Of a stretch of DNA of 64,000 bases, positions 23,350-35,494 are shown in pieces; position 1 is the stretch's first letter, and each line of letters opens with the position of its first letter. A program made the translations under genes and the position numbers. Below the pieces are notes generated by a model. That model worked only from the letters and a program-made list of their open reading frames with translations. It searched no databases and was not told the DNA's origin. This DNA comes from Negaprion brevirostris (lineage: Eukaryota): NCBI GenBank assembly GCA_030324005.1, contig JARDVH010000140.1, forward strand, positions 6,171,160 through 6,235,159. The letters are read 5' to 3'.

Positions 23350-23662
23350 CATAGAACCCCTACAGTGCAGAAAGAGGCCATCCGACCCATTGAGTCTGCA
23401 CCGACCACAATCCCACCCAGTCCCATCCCACAACCCCAGTGTTTACCCTGCCAATCCCCCTTACACTAAGGGGCAATTTAGCATGGTCAGTCAACTTAAC
23501 CCATAGATCTTTGGACTGTGGGAGGAAACCGGAACACCCGAAGGAAACCCACACAGACAAGGTGAAAATGTGCAAACTCCACACAGTGACCCGAGGCCAG
23601 AATTGAACCGCGTCCCTGGCGCTCTGACGCAGCAGTGCTAACCTCTGTGCTACTTGCTGCCC
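23350..23662 (-). mobile_element. Full-length HE1/V-SINE-like element, CR1-type tail
   Basis: tRNA A/B boxes, V-core GGGTTTCCTTCGGGTGTTCCGGTTTCCTCCCACAGTCCAAAG, tail ...CTGCACTGTAGGGGTTCTATG. Confidence 0.9.
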
Positions 23663-24062
23663 ACACCTTCTCCCTTACATTGAACCCACTTAACAGCTTA
23701 CTATTGCAATAGCACTAGTGCAGGAAATATCCTGTGCATCTTGGTATTCTTCTCTGATATTACTACTCGTTACCACATACCTGCCAAATTAATTTAAACC
23801 CTCTCTAATGGCATGAGCAAGTTGTCCCACGAGGAACTCAGTCCCGACTCCATTTAAGTGCAACCTGTCCAGCCTATACAGGTCCCACCTCCCCTAAAAC
23901 TGGTCTCAATTTCTCAGGAATCTATATCTCCCACCCTCCTGCAACATCCTTCTTGTCATACATTCAGCTGCTTTACCCGTCCACTTCTACGCTCACTTGC
24001 GTGCGGCACTGGGAGTAATCTGGAGATTAATCCTTTTGAGGACCTACCTGTCAATTTCTGAG

Positions 24063-24190
24063 ATAAAAACAAATTACTGTGATTGCTGGAATCTGAAACA
24101 AAAGCTGTAAATGCTGGATAATCTTAGCAGGTCTGACAGTACCTATGGAGAGAGAATGGAGCTAACGTTTTGAATCTGGATGACCCTTTG
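24063..24190 (-). mobile_element. Penelope-like family B copy, truncated inside the hammerhead core
   Basis: Minus: CAA-a-GGGTC-atcca-GATTC-AAAA-CGTT-AGCTCC... Confidence 0.75.
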
Positions 24191-24269
24191 AAATGCTAAC
24201 TATATTCTTGTTTTTTGTTGCTACTTTGCTCCCCAGTTCCCTAACTTCCGACTGCAGAACTACATGCCA

Positions 24270-24785
24270 CTTTTGTCACCGTATCTGAGGAAAGATGTAG
24301 TGGCACAGGAAGCAGTTCAGAGGAGGTTCACTAGATTGATTCCAGAGATGAGGGGTTTGCCGTTATGATGAGAGATTGAACAATTTAGCCTATACTCTCT
24401 GGGATTTAAAAGAATGAAAGGAGATCAAATTGAGGTATTCAAGATGATAAAAGGTATGGATAAAATAGACGGGGAGTGATGCTTCCTGTTGTGGGGCATT
24501 CTAGGATGAAAGGTCATTGTCTTAGGATAAGGGGTAGCAAATTTAAAACAGAGTTGAGGAAAAACTACTTCTCCCAAAGGGTTGTGAATCTGTGGAATTC
24601 ACTACCCAAAAGTGTAGTGGATGCTGGGACAGTGAGTTACACCAATTTTTAATTGGTAATGGGTTGAAGGATTATGGGGAGAAGGCAGGAAAATGGGGAT
24701 GAGGAGCACACCCATGCAGCCATGATCGAACGGTGGAGCAGACTTGATGGGCCAAATGGCCTAATTCTACTTCTATTTCTTATGA
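24270..24785 (+). mobile_element. CR1 LINE 3' fragment
   Basis: SPYLRKDVVA.EAVQRRFTRLIPEMRG motif and CR1 tail. Confidence 0.85.
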
Positions 24786-25470
24786 ATGTACAAATAGCCA
24801 CAAATATGAGACCTAATGTTTTACAGATGATTGCGGGATGCAAGATAAATATAATGACTCCGTGATAAGGGGGCTTCAATAAAATGAAATTTGGTTATCA
24901 CAATATATTCAGCAGTTACTGCCATATTCAACTTCCCTTTTGGGACTGTTTACGTCAACTAGTTTACATAATGTTGGTAAAATATTGTGATTTCTCTCAT
25001 TGCTGGTCTCTAGAAATTTGGCAATCTCCACATGCATTCAGTCAAGGCAAGCCCAAAATATTGGCATTACCAGGAATAGCAAATGGGTTCTGGCTTTCAC
25101 CAACATAACTGTGTCTTTACTCAGTGTTTCGTCTGCAAAGACAAGACTTCATCCTGACCCTCAACTCCAATTGATTCAACATTTGCGAGAATGGCAACTT
25201 TACAACTACAGCACACCTGTTCAATATCTGTATCAGTTACAATTGAGCCACATCTAGCCAAGAACCTGGGTTAAGGTTTTATCTTTATATGCTAGTAATC
25301 TTAATGATGGTACAAGTCAAGAGTCAATGTGCACAGTGGTTATACAACAAGACAGTCAACAATTCTGAAGTCTGTTTTCTATGTTTTAAGCATTTGTGAT
25401 ATGATTGACAGCTTAATCTTGTTCATTTATCCTACTAAATTTTCTTTATAAAATAAAAAAGCCATCCTTA

Positions 25471-25765
25471 GTTTAAAGTTTATTTATTACTGTCATAAGT
25501 TGACTCACATTAACACTGCAATGAAGTTACTGTGAAAATTCCCTGGTTGCCACACTCCAGTGCTGGTTCGGGTACAGTGAGGGAGAATTCAGCATGGCCA
25601 ATGCACCTAACCAACACGTCTTTCAGACAGAGATGAAACTGGAGCACCCGAGGAAACCCACGCAGACATGGGGAGAACGTACAAACTCTGTATAGACAGT
25701 GACCCAAGCCGGGAATCGAATTCGGGTTCCTGGCGTTGAGGCAACGGTGCTAACCACCGCATCAC
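25471..25765 (-). mobile_element. V-SINE-like element, Rex1-type tail
   Basis: Same head, core and tail as 18880, 40512, 42757, 44150 and 50013. Confidence 0.88.
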
Positions 25766-26837
25766 CAATCCTGGCGGATGATCAATGAAACTGTAACGCG
25801 CAAGGACATTGCCTATAGAGTGAACATAGCACAAATATGAAGCTCCCTTGATAATTTTAGGAGTTCCTTGATGTTTGTTTGTAAGCATTTAAAATTCATA
25901 TTCAACCTAAACCACGCTGTTAATTCTCATCCAGTCCCTTATAATCCAGTGCAAGGTATTTTCTTTTGGTTGGGAGAGGATGAAAAGACAGGTTTCAAAT
26001 GAGGGCATTGCAAAAAAAGAAATAAAGTAGTCTTCCCTTCTGTTGAAGGAGTCTTAAGATTTTCAATGTCAAGGGCCAAATATAATTGCAAGAGACTGAT
26101 TAACACTTTGGGTGGGATCCTTAATCATAACTGACGTCATATTCTAGATATCAGGCCCCAACAGACTGATCTGCTGTGCTTTTCAAGCGGTTATTTCTGG
26201 TTTCCAACATTTGCAGTCTTTCTGCATAGCTCTGCAATGAGATTATGGTGTTATTATTAAAAGTACATATGAAATTTAGGCCAACAAAATTTCTAGAGAT
26301 GTGACGTATGGAGAAAGTATATCTATGCTGCTCAGCGAGAAGTAGCTGGTCACACAGATTATCCACTACACCATGAATTCATCCAAAAAGAAAAAGAGGT
26401 TGGAGGTAAGAGAACATCTGAACTGTTCAATCTTGTTCAGCACGCTGGAGTATGCTGCAACTTTTTAAACTTAGCACATTGCTTAGATAATAAAGTGACC
26501 TTTTTTAAAAAAAGTTGACTAATTCCTCTTTTTTTTGTGCCCTCTCTTTTTATAATCAGCAAGCAAACTGCTCATAGATCATCTGTGTAAGAGTAGCAGC
26601 ATAGGATGACTAATGTCCCAATCTTCCTTCTGTTGTACAGCAGTAGGCTTCTACATGGGGCTTCAGGACTTTCCAAATGAGAACATGATAGAGCCAGAAG
26701 ATAGGTTCAATCATACATTAGAGACAATCCATCATACCACCACATAAATAATCAGCTAATTGAGTTACTTGGCCAGCAAGCAAGCTATTAGACAACAAAT
26801 CAGTAAATGTATATGAAACAAAAAATTGTGGCAATAA

Positions 26838-27210
26838 TAGAATCATAGAAACCCTACAATGCAGAAGGAGGCCAATCGGCCCATCAAGACTGCACAGACA
26901 ACAATCCCACCTAGGCCTTACCTCCACTGGCCTATATGTTTACTTCACTAACAGGCCAAAGGGTCCGTTTCCCGTGCTATGTTGTTCTTTGTCCCTCTAA
27001 CCTACACATCTCATGACACTAAGGGTCAATTTAGCATGGTCAATCAACCTAGCCCGCACATCTTCGGATTGTGGGAGGAAACCGAAGCACCCGGAGGAAA
27101 CTCACGCAGACACAGGGAGAACGTGCAAACTCCACACAGCGACACAAGCCGGGAATTGAACCCAGGTCCTTGGAAGTTGTGACAGAGCAGTGCTAACCAC
27201 TGTGCCACCC
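26838..27210 (-). mobile_element. HE1/V-SINE-like element, CR1-type tail, with a small internal insertion
   Basis: TAGAATCATAGAA tail on +, V-core and A/B boxes. Confidence 0.85.
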
Positions 27211-27736
27211 AGAAATAGAACATGACTCAAATAAACCTGGAAAGATTTTGCTGCGTGTCTCCAACACGAGAAGACACCAAAAAAATAGAGCCTGCATCAC
27301 TATTTTGAGTATTACATGATGGATTCACTGGTTTTAATGCTCTGGAGCTGTCCTCTTCTGGCTTCACTTCAAGGGAACTGCCAATTGGTGCTCCCTGGCC
27401 ACGAACAAGATGAAACTCACTGCCTCACGTCCTTTGATTTCTTATTCCTCTGAGGAAGCCTGTGACTATTCTGCACTACTATCTGATAGCAGGGCTGAGG
27501 TAAGAAATTCACCAATGTTGAATCCATGAGCGTACATTCTAAAATTCAGGAATCTGTCTTTAAAAATAAAGTAGGTAAAACAATGACATGATACACGTGC
27601 ATATTAACAGAAGTCAATAATACCATGAAATGTGAACTAATCTAGTGTCATGTCAGCTATCAGCTGGTGAAAAAGGATGCACCTGCTTGCTTGGTTTTGG
27701 TTTCTAGTGCAGATGAGACTACTGTAGACGATGTGT

Positions 27737-28131
27737 AGCCATGATGTGGAGTTGCTGGCATTGGACTTGGGTATGCACAGTAAGTAGTCTCACAACACCA
27801 GATTAAAGGCCAACAGATTTGGCAGCACAAGCTTTCAGAGCTTTGCCCCTTCATCAGGTGAGTGGAGAGGTAGGTTTCACAAACACAGCATATACAGACA
27901 ACTGAATGGCTTGCTAAGCTTCTCAATAGTCCCTTGGGGAAGGAAATCTGCCGTCCTTACCTGGTTTCAACTGCTGCCTAGCAAGCCACTCAGTTGTATC
28001 AATTGCTACAAAGCCTCTGTCTACATATGCTGTTTGCGAAAGCTACCTCTCCACTCAATGAAGGAGCAGCACTCCAAAAGCTCATGATTCCAAATAAACT
28101 TGTTGGACTTTAACCTGGTGTTGAGATTATT
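27737..28131. mobile_element. Penelope-like family A head-to-head pair with a 17-bp flanking direct repeat
   Basis: Left arm on - (27737-27900), right arm on + (~28017-28137). Flanks TACTGTAGACGATGTGT (27720-27736) and TACTGTAGACAATGTGT (28132-28148). Confidence 0.8.
27826..27860 (-). ncRNA. Minimal hammerhead ribozyme (family A), core intact
   Basis: CAC-CTGATGA-A-GGGGC-aaa-GCTCT-GAAA-GCTT^GTG; stem II is held with G-U pairs. Confidence 0.7.
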
Positions 28132-28459
28132 TACTGTAGACAATGTGTGAAGGTGAACTGGACATGAATGGATTGTTAGCTCACAGAAAATTTTCAGAGG
28201 TTAAGACTAATTTCAGCACTTGCTCGACAATATTCCTAGAGAAAGTGAGCATACTTGGAGCTTGACCACAATGATAATTTAACCATTCTAGTTAGTTCAT
28301 GCCAAAACATCAGCAGAAATAAAAACAAGCATGTACACACTTCCCTGTTCTTCGCAACACTTAGATTCGCAAACTTTATTAAATGATCTGTTAATTGATT
28401 TAAAATAGTTATTCTTCCTAAACGGCCTAAAGACCCAAAACAATTTGCTTAGACTCCAA

Positions 28460-28644
28460 CAGAATCCCTACAGTAGGAGGCCATTCGGCCCATTAAATCT
28501 GCAAAGACCATAATCCCACCCAGGCCCTATTCCTATAATCCCCCATATTTACCCTGCTAACCCCCTGACACTAGGGTCATTTTAGCATCGTCAATCCACC
28601 TAACCCACACATCTCTGGACTGTAGGAGGAAACCAGAGCACCCG
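28460..28644 (-). mobile_element. HE1/V-SINE-like 3' part running into an N gap
   Basis: CR1-type tail and V-core. Confidence 0.85.
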
Positions 28645-28999
28645 NNNNNNNNNNNNNNNNNNNNNNNNNNNNNNNNNNNNNNNNNNNNNNNNNNNNNNNN
28701 NNNNNNNNNNNNNNNNNNNNNNNNNNNNNNNNNNNNNNNNNNNNNNNNNNNNNNNNNNNNNNNNNNNNNNNNNNNNNNNNNNNNNNNNNNNNNNNNNNNN
28801 NNNNNNNNNNNNNNNNNNNNNNNNNNNNNNNNNNNNNNNNNNNNNNNNNNNNNNNNNNNNNNNNNNNNNNNNNNNNNNNNNNNNNNNNNNNNNNNNNNNN
28901 NNNNNNNNNNNNNNNNNNNNNNNNNNNNNNNNNNNNNNNNNNNNNNNNNNNNNNNNNNNNNNNNNNNTGGGGGGGCGGGGTTAATAGCTTTATCGCAAT

Positions 29000-31900
29000 C
29001 CAGCCAACACTGAACTCCAGTTCATACACTTGAGCTGTGGCAACAACTTGATAGCAGTAGATAGCAAGCTGTCCAAGAATTAGGAAAGTGTCTGTTTCAA
29101 TTTCTACCTCGTCACCTAATGAACAAACTCAAACATTATGGCATCATCCATTTCCAAACAAAAACAAATTTAATAGCCTATGATTATACATTCATAAAAG
29201 GTTTAATAAAAATAAATTGATATTTCTCCCCACAAATCAGAGTTAAAAAATAATAAAGAAACCAATAATTCTACAAAATAAATTCCCGGGGAGGGAGGGA
29301 GGGAATGAAGGAAGCACTTTACAAAATGTTTCTTCTAATCTATCATTCAAATCAAACATCCATTTGCACCACAATTAAATTTCAAATCTATTGTACAAAA
29401 ATAAGGATCAACCCAAATGCTTATAAATCTGTTGAAATACAAAGCTTAATTGTGAAACCATTACTAGGCAAATTTATAGAGTCAGCCTTTTTATTATTTA
29501 CAAATAAAGTAGAATGGGTTGGGAGGGACAATTTGCATAGTTTGAACTTGACAGGAACCCGAGGCCCCAACATGACTATAATTGTCAGTACTGAAATGTT
29601 ATTTTCAGCCTTCCATCCCCCCAAATGTCAGATGGTCCCCCTCCCCCACCAAGTCAGAGGAAAGGCCACCACTTGGCAGGGTTTAGGGGGAGGGAGTGTG
29701 GGGGCAGAAACTCCTTGTTTTTTTCCCCCCGAACACATTCAAATACTAGCTCGTTTAAAAAGTTCAGACCAAGACAAGAGTTCTATGAAACTATTTGCTG
29801 CACCTCTCTTAAAAGAATCCATACACCACTGTTCTGATAATCATGTTTATGTACATGAATCATGCACTATGATCAGTGAATACATAGGCTAAAGTAAAAG
29901 TTAAACTCAGAATGGTAGAAGACTACATGGTCTTATGAATTATCAGAGTGGGTGTTTTAGCAATTTTATCATCAAGGATGCTCTCTCTGATGCTACATTG
30001 CCTCATCAGAAGATCAGATGTCAATTTAAGTCACTCAACAAAAGCTCAGCTGCATTTGTAAACTCTCTATAGCCCTTTAGAAATCCAACTATTACAATGA
30101 ATCAAGGTAACAAAATTCCCTCACAGCCCTGTACCTCAACTCTTGCAGCCTTTTTCAAAAATATTTGGTTTAAAAAGGAGATTGCAGCGGTGATTTTTGG
30201 GGGAGGGGGGAGAGAACGGGGGTAATGGTAAAGGGAGATATATCAAAGTTAGGATGTGAAACAGTTGAATTAAAGACATTAATTAAGCCTTCTGAGACTA
30301 AGGCATTCAATACTTTAAGATGGTTCTCTAGATGTCACGAAAAGCTCATTATACAAAAATCTTACTCAGATAACGTTCAGCAGAATTATTTGTAAGTGTT
30401 GGATTTTATTTAATAAAAGACACCAAAACGCATTCCAACATGTGTTTTAGTGCTCTGTAATTACAATCTTGAAAAACATATTGGCCTTTACATGATTGCA
30501 GATTGCTACATAAAGAATCATAGAAGAGACTGACTTCAGAACTAAGTGATTCTTTGCTTAATTGCTATTTTCTGTGGTCAGTCTACAGTGGCTGTGAAGC
30601 AGTACTGAAGTATGACAAAATGTCAACTTGCATGATCCACACAGCAAGTTTATTTCCCCCACACCTTCCCAAATAGTCCAGTGGGTAAATGCATCTTTTG
30701 TTAATCTGATAGATCATAGTTGTAAGCCACTAACAGATCCACTCCATCATGCAGTGCCTACGAAACACAATTAGACACAAGTGATAGTGAACATGCAGCC
30801 ACTGTTCTCTCAGCCTTCTTACATCCAGCACGGCAGCTCTAGTGGCCCCAGAATGTAGAGCAGCCAAGGGCACTGCAACCTAATTCCTAGCTCCTAGCAA
30901 GTGCGTGATCCATTGCCATTGAGTACAGCTTTTTTTGGATACAATATTAATGATTCAGCAAAATCAACCAAGGCATGGCGCTCATTCAAGAGCCTTTCTA
31001 ATCTAAGAGGCTCAATTTCCAGTACTTGCAAAAGAAATCTTTCAGAATTACTTGGAACTAGACATTTATAAAAATGCTATTTTTGGATGCTTTTATAGGT
31101 TAAATGGACATCATTCCCCAAACATAATACAGGTAACTGACTTGATTTTTATGCTGAAATATAGAAGTAAACAAGAGTTATTCGGGCAATGGGAATATTC
31201 AAATGTACAATTGCATTCATTCATGGCCTCTGACTTTGATTAATTCAGAAATGAATGGAATTGTGGAATACAATCCAACAATCTTTGTAAAATCTCTGAA
31301 CCCATCAACGTATAACGTAATTGGAGATACTCAAACAACAGATCCAATTATAGGGAATAGCTCTTTCATTATCATTAATAGCAGTAGATTTGAAGGGAGG
31401 TGTATACACTGGTTTTCAGCCTTTGTTGATTTTTTTATAGAGTTGAATAGAAATTTACAAGTTTCAGCACTAAAATACAAAAAAGTTTTTGAAGTCATTG
31501 AAAAAAAGTTGTATAACTAAGGTGAGAGGTAGTTATGCCTTTGTAAACTTAAAATGTTAAGCTTAAAACTTTTAAAATAAAAATATCATGACTTCAGCTG
31601 AGTTTTTGAGTTAAGAGCACAACTGTCCTCTTCATGGAGGATGTTTGCTGGCAAATATGGTTCGTTCTGTGAGTTTAGCTTCACAGTAGGTCACACATGA
31701 GGCTTGTTAAAATTGCTCCAACCAGCTCTCACATGACATTGCATTAAGTGCATTACTTGCAAGCTGACTATGTCAAGGTGTTCAATCTCAGTCTGGTACG
31801 CAACTTGTCAGCAGCCATTGGGCTGCAGCAGTGATGGGACACAAGTTCATAACGTAAACCTTTCTAATTTTAAAATAAAATCCCAACCTCAAGTTACATC

Positions 31901-34871
31901 ACCAAGAGAAGCTGATGTGTGAATGTATGCAAAATGTTTAATTGANNNNNNNNNNNNNNNNNNNNNNNNNNNNNNNNNNNNNNNNNNNNNNNNNNNNNNN
32001 NNNNNNNNNGGGCCGAAGATTTCAGATCAGCCTGAAGGAAAATTAACCAAGGCGACCGCAGCAGCTTTTAGAATAATTAAAACTGGATTGTATCACGGAT
32101 AATAAACTTTGAAAGGACTTATGGCAAACTGATATATGGTCAGCAGCACAGATCAGGAGCAGGGCCAATTTCAAACACCTGAGGAAGGCAGTTTTGGTGG
32201 GACAAACATGAGAAGTCAATTAAAAATGAAGATGACGCTTAGCATTTTTTGATAACTGAAAGGGCAAGTGTGCACTCAACTTAAGGTTGTCATTGAGTAG
32301 GCATGCTAGCTTGGGCATATATCATCTTGTGAGTCAAGTGGACAGATCCAAGGTGTGAGATTGATTGGGTGATGATGCACTCAGCCTCACAACATCAAGC
32401 ACAATATGTCAGCAAGTGTGAATATCCAGTACTGAAGCTCAAGCTCTTTTGCAGTAAATTATAATAATTGCCATTACTGATTATCAGCACAAGTTCAGTG
32501 CTAGCACATAAATCTCTCCACTTCTACAATGCAGGGAATTAATTATGGTGCTCCTTTTGTAATGCAAGATCCAAACGCATCTGCTTGTTTTTCCACATTA
32601 GGAGTGGAATTCTCAGCTAAGATTTCATTGAAAAATTGGACAGGATAATATGATTTGATGTCATTTGAAACACATCTATAAAGCACAATAGAATTATGGG
32701 GAGAGGAGAAGAAGAAGAAATAAAAGATGGAGTTAGCAATTAACCTCTGAAATAAATCTGAACTTTAGAGTTGAACATAATGAAGAAGCCATTTCTTCTC
32801 TCCAATTTATGATCTCTTGCTACCATTTCTTATGCCTCAGGCTGGCATACTCTGCCCAGATTAAGGTCATTTAATTTGCCATGATTTTCTACTCGAGAAA
32901 TGTGGGAAAAGCATCCAAATGAGGCTTTTAACCCATTACCAAAAGCAAACGTCGTTACTGACATAATCATCATGAAATGGGGTTAGGAGAAAGGTAAGAA
33001 AAAATCCTTTAAATAATGAACAAGTCCGGAATTTCTTTAGCCAAAACAAATGAAAAATTCAAGTAGCCTAAATTAATGAGAACACAATGCTTTGACCCAA
33101 AGGACAAGAAATGGGATTAAATATTTATAAATTTGACAAGAGAATAAAAATCACTCAAATGAATGGCTTCTGAACTGCATTTTCATGTCTCTCTATGAAA
33201 GTCTGTATACCTAACAGCTGCTTTTAAAGCTTGGATTTAAGCTGTCACATAGGTTCGTACTCAGAAAAGGGCCTATGGCATGCCAGACTGCCTTTCCGTG
33301 CATAAAGACATTTATGGCTTGTATCCTATGGCTCAACTGATTTCAATAGCAGAGACAGGTAGAGAAAAAAACAGCTTGTAAAAAAAAATTTCAGCACACA
33401 CACTTCACACATTCAGACCTGAACGTCCAGAACATAGCATGACAGAATCAGAACACATCAGTCAAGTACCATAACTGTGGAAAATGTGTCTTTTAGAGTG
33501 GTCAATGCAGCATCTTGCTCAGAACCACAGATTATCCGTGTGAGGTGCCTACACTCAATTTCAGACTCTTTGGAGTTTGGCTGAATGTAGGAAGGGAAGA
33601 TTTGGTTAAAGTCTAAACATTTAGTTTCTTCATTTCTCGTCTCCTCCTTATACTTACCACATCTAGCTGATTGAGCAAATACCAGTTTTGGGGCCTACTG
33701 CTACAAACGTGCAGCATGGGCACCAGCATGTCAGCACATTTCTAAATAGAAGTAGACAATGAAATTTAAAGAGTCTGAAAAGGAAGATAAAATTTAAACT
33801 CGAGCTTCATATCGAGCCAGAAATGCAAGTGGGCCAGATTTTAAAGTGCTGGTTGCACATCATCACCTATCTGGTGGCACAATCTTGGGAGACATTTATC
33901 CCTTTTTAAAAAAAAAACAGATCTATTGCAGTAGACAGCTCTAAGAAAGTATAGTTGCAGTAGGCAAAAAAGGCAGATAATGTGGTAAACTTCAAACCTC
34001 TTCAAACATTAAGTCTACATAAAGCAAATTTAAGCTTTTAAGACTTGTATGTACCAAAGAGTTAATACAACTGTATCACCACTTTACGCATTACAGCGTA
34101 GCATATAGATTTTTTTAATCCATGATCTCTCTCCATAAACTGTATTTATGCGNNNNNNNNNNNNNNNNNNNNNNNNNNNNNNNNNNNNNNNNNNNNNNNN
34201 NNNNACGACAGTGTGCAATCTTTCCTATCCCGGATGCAGACACACCCAGCATTCTCTGCACCCTTCCCCCACCCTCTGGACACAAGCGGCAGTTTGATTG
34301 AGATTCAGGCAAAGCCGTGCAACAACTCTGCCTTTGGTAATACTGTGTTCATCAGGCACCTAAGCAGAAAGATTTCTTCAACACCATTAACGATGATGAG
34401 CCACGGGACTTTTCTGTTAACGTCTAGTGCAGAACCTCAAGAGGTGAAATGCTGCGTGGAACGTTAATGCCCCCACACTTTAGCTCATTTTTATTACTAG
34501 AATACTAGCATTTCATAAATTTTCCAATTTGGTTTGGGTGAGTATCATTTGGAATTTGAGGTGTTTTTGATTTTTCTTTTTCATGATGGAGTTAGAGACA
34601 GGGTTAGCATAATCTGGATGAACAATCTCGAAATTAAAATAGTGAATTGACAATGCAAGGCTCGCTATAAAAATTTCGATTTATGTGACATCAACTTTTG
34701 TTTCTTGAATTTCAATTGNNNNNNNNNNNNNNNNNNNNNNNNNNNNNNNNNNNNNNNNNNNNNNNNNNNNNNNNNNNNNNNNNNNNNNNNNNNNNNNNNN
34801 NNNNNNNNNNNNNNNNNNCAAGCGCAGTCTTGCATTGATGATTTTTTTCCCCCTTCCATGTTCACTTGTTG
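29000..34871 (-). other. RPS6KB1: Probable long RPS6KB1 3' UTR region (end uncertain)
   Basis: About 5.9 kb directly after the stop with no recognisable young SINE/LINE (three short N gaps unseen). Minus-strand AATAAA (TTTATT on +) at ~34490, 30405-30410 and ~29489; ATTAAA near 29169 and 29202. Confidence 0.55.
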
Positions 34872-35115
34872 TCATAGATTCATTCGCAGGTGTGCTGGTC
34901 TGTTTGGGGGCACTGGATACGTTTGCTTTTTGAAAGGCACAGAGCTCACGCCCATGGGGTGTCGGATTGGCAGTGGAGCAGAAGCCTCTCCACTAACTGT
35001 CACGTCCATCTGTTCCATCCCGACGTCCATTGGGTAGTCTGATGATCCACGTTCTCTGGGTGGTTCCATGTTGGCTCCCCGACTCCAACATTCAGCAGAT
35101 GAGAACTTCACTGGG
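34872..35115 (-). CDS. RPS6KB1: RPS6KB1 last coding exon: PVKFSSAECW...GEASAPLPIR...PAHLRMNL*
   Basis: ttttgcAG acceptor, TGA stop. MEQMDVT.SGEASAPLPIR and the C-terminal HLRMNL are diagnostic of S6K1 rather than S6K2. Confidence 0.96.
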
Positions 35116-35494
35116 CTGCAAAATAAAGTGGCATTAGGTGAATTGCTCACAGACACTAATCTGCTCAACCTGGCCAAACGTAATCTAATAACATACAAAA
35201 TATGTGCAGTAGGAAACTAAACCAGACTCTTCTAACATTCTGTACAAACCCATCTACAAGACCACCTAAATTTGAGGCAACTCAAGGTTAATCTTTAAGG
35301 TAGGGACACGTTCGGCACAACTCTGTGGGCCAAAGGGTTTGTATCGTGCTATAGTTTTTCTATATTCTATGTTCTAACTCCTGCATGGGGTAACCTCTTG
35401 TTACGGCCAAGTAAACCTAAAAAGAAAGCTACGAACAATGTAAAATACATTGTCACAGTAAGAGGGAAAAAAACAAAGGCTTCTCCTCAAAGAC

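Noticed and set aside
23560-23662. tRNA-like A/B box sequences (many copies)
   Set aside because: They are SINE heads followed by a V-core and LINE tail, not tRNA genes.
29305-29892. 195-aa ORF on +
   Set aside because: No recognisable domain or coding-like composition; it lies antisense in the probable RPS6KB1 3' UTR.
31520-31540. TGAGAGGTAGTT resembling mature let-7
   Set aside because: Only the seed matches and there is no precursor hairpin; better read as a target site on the minus strand.
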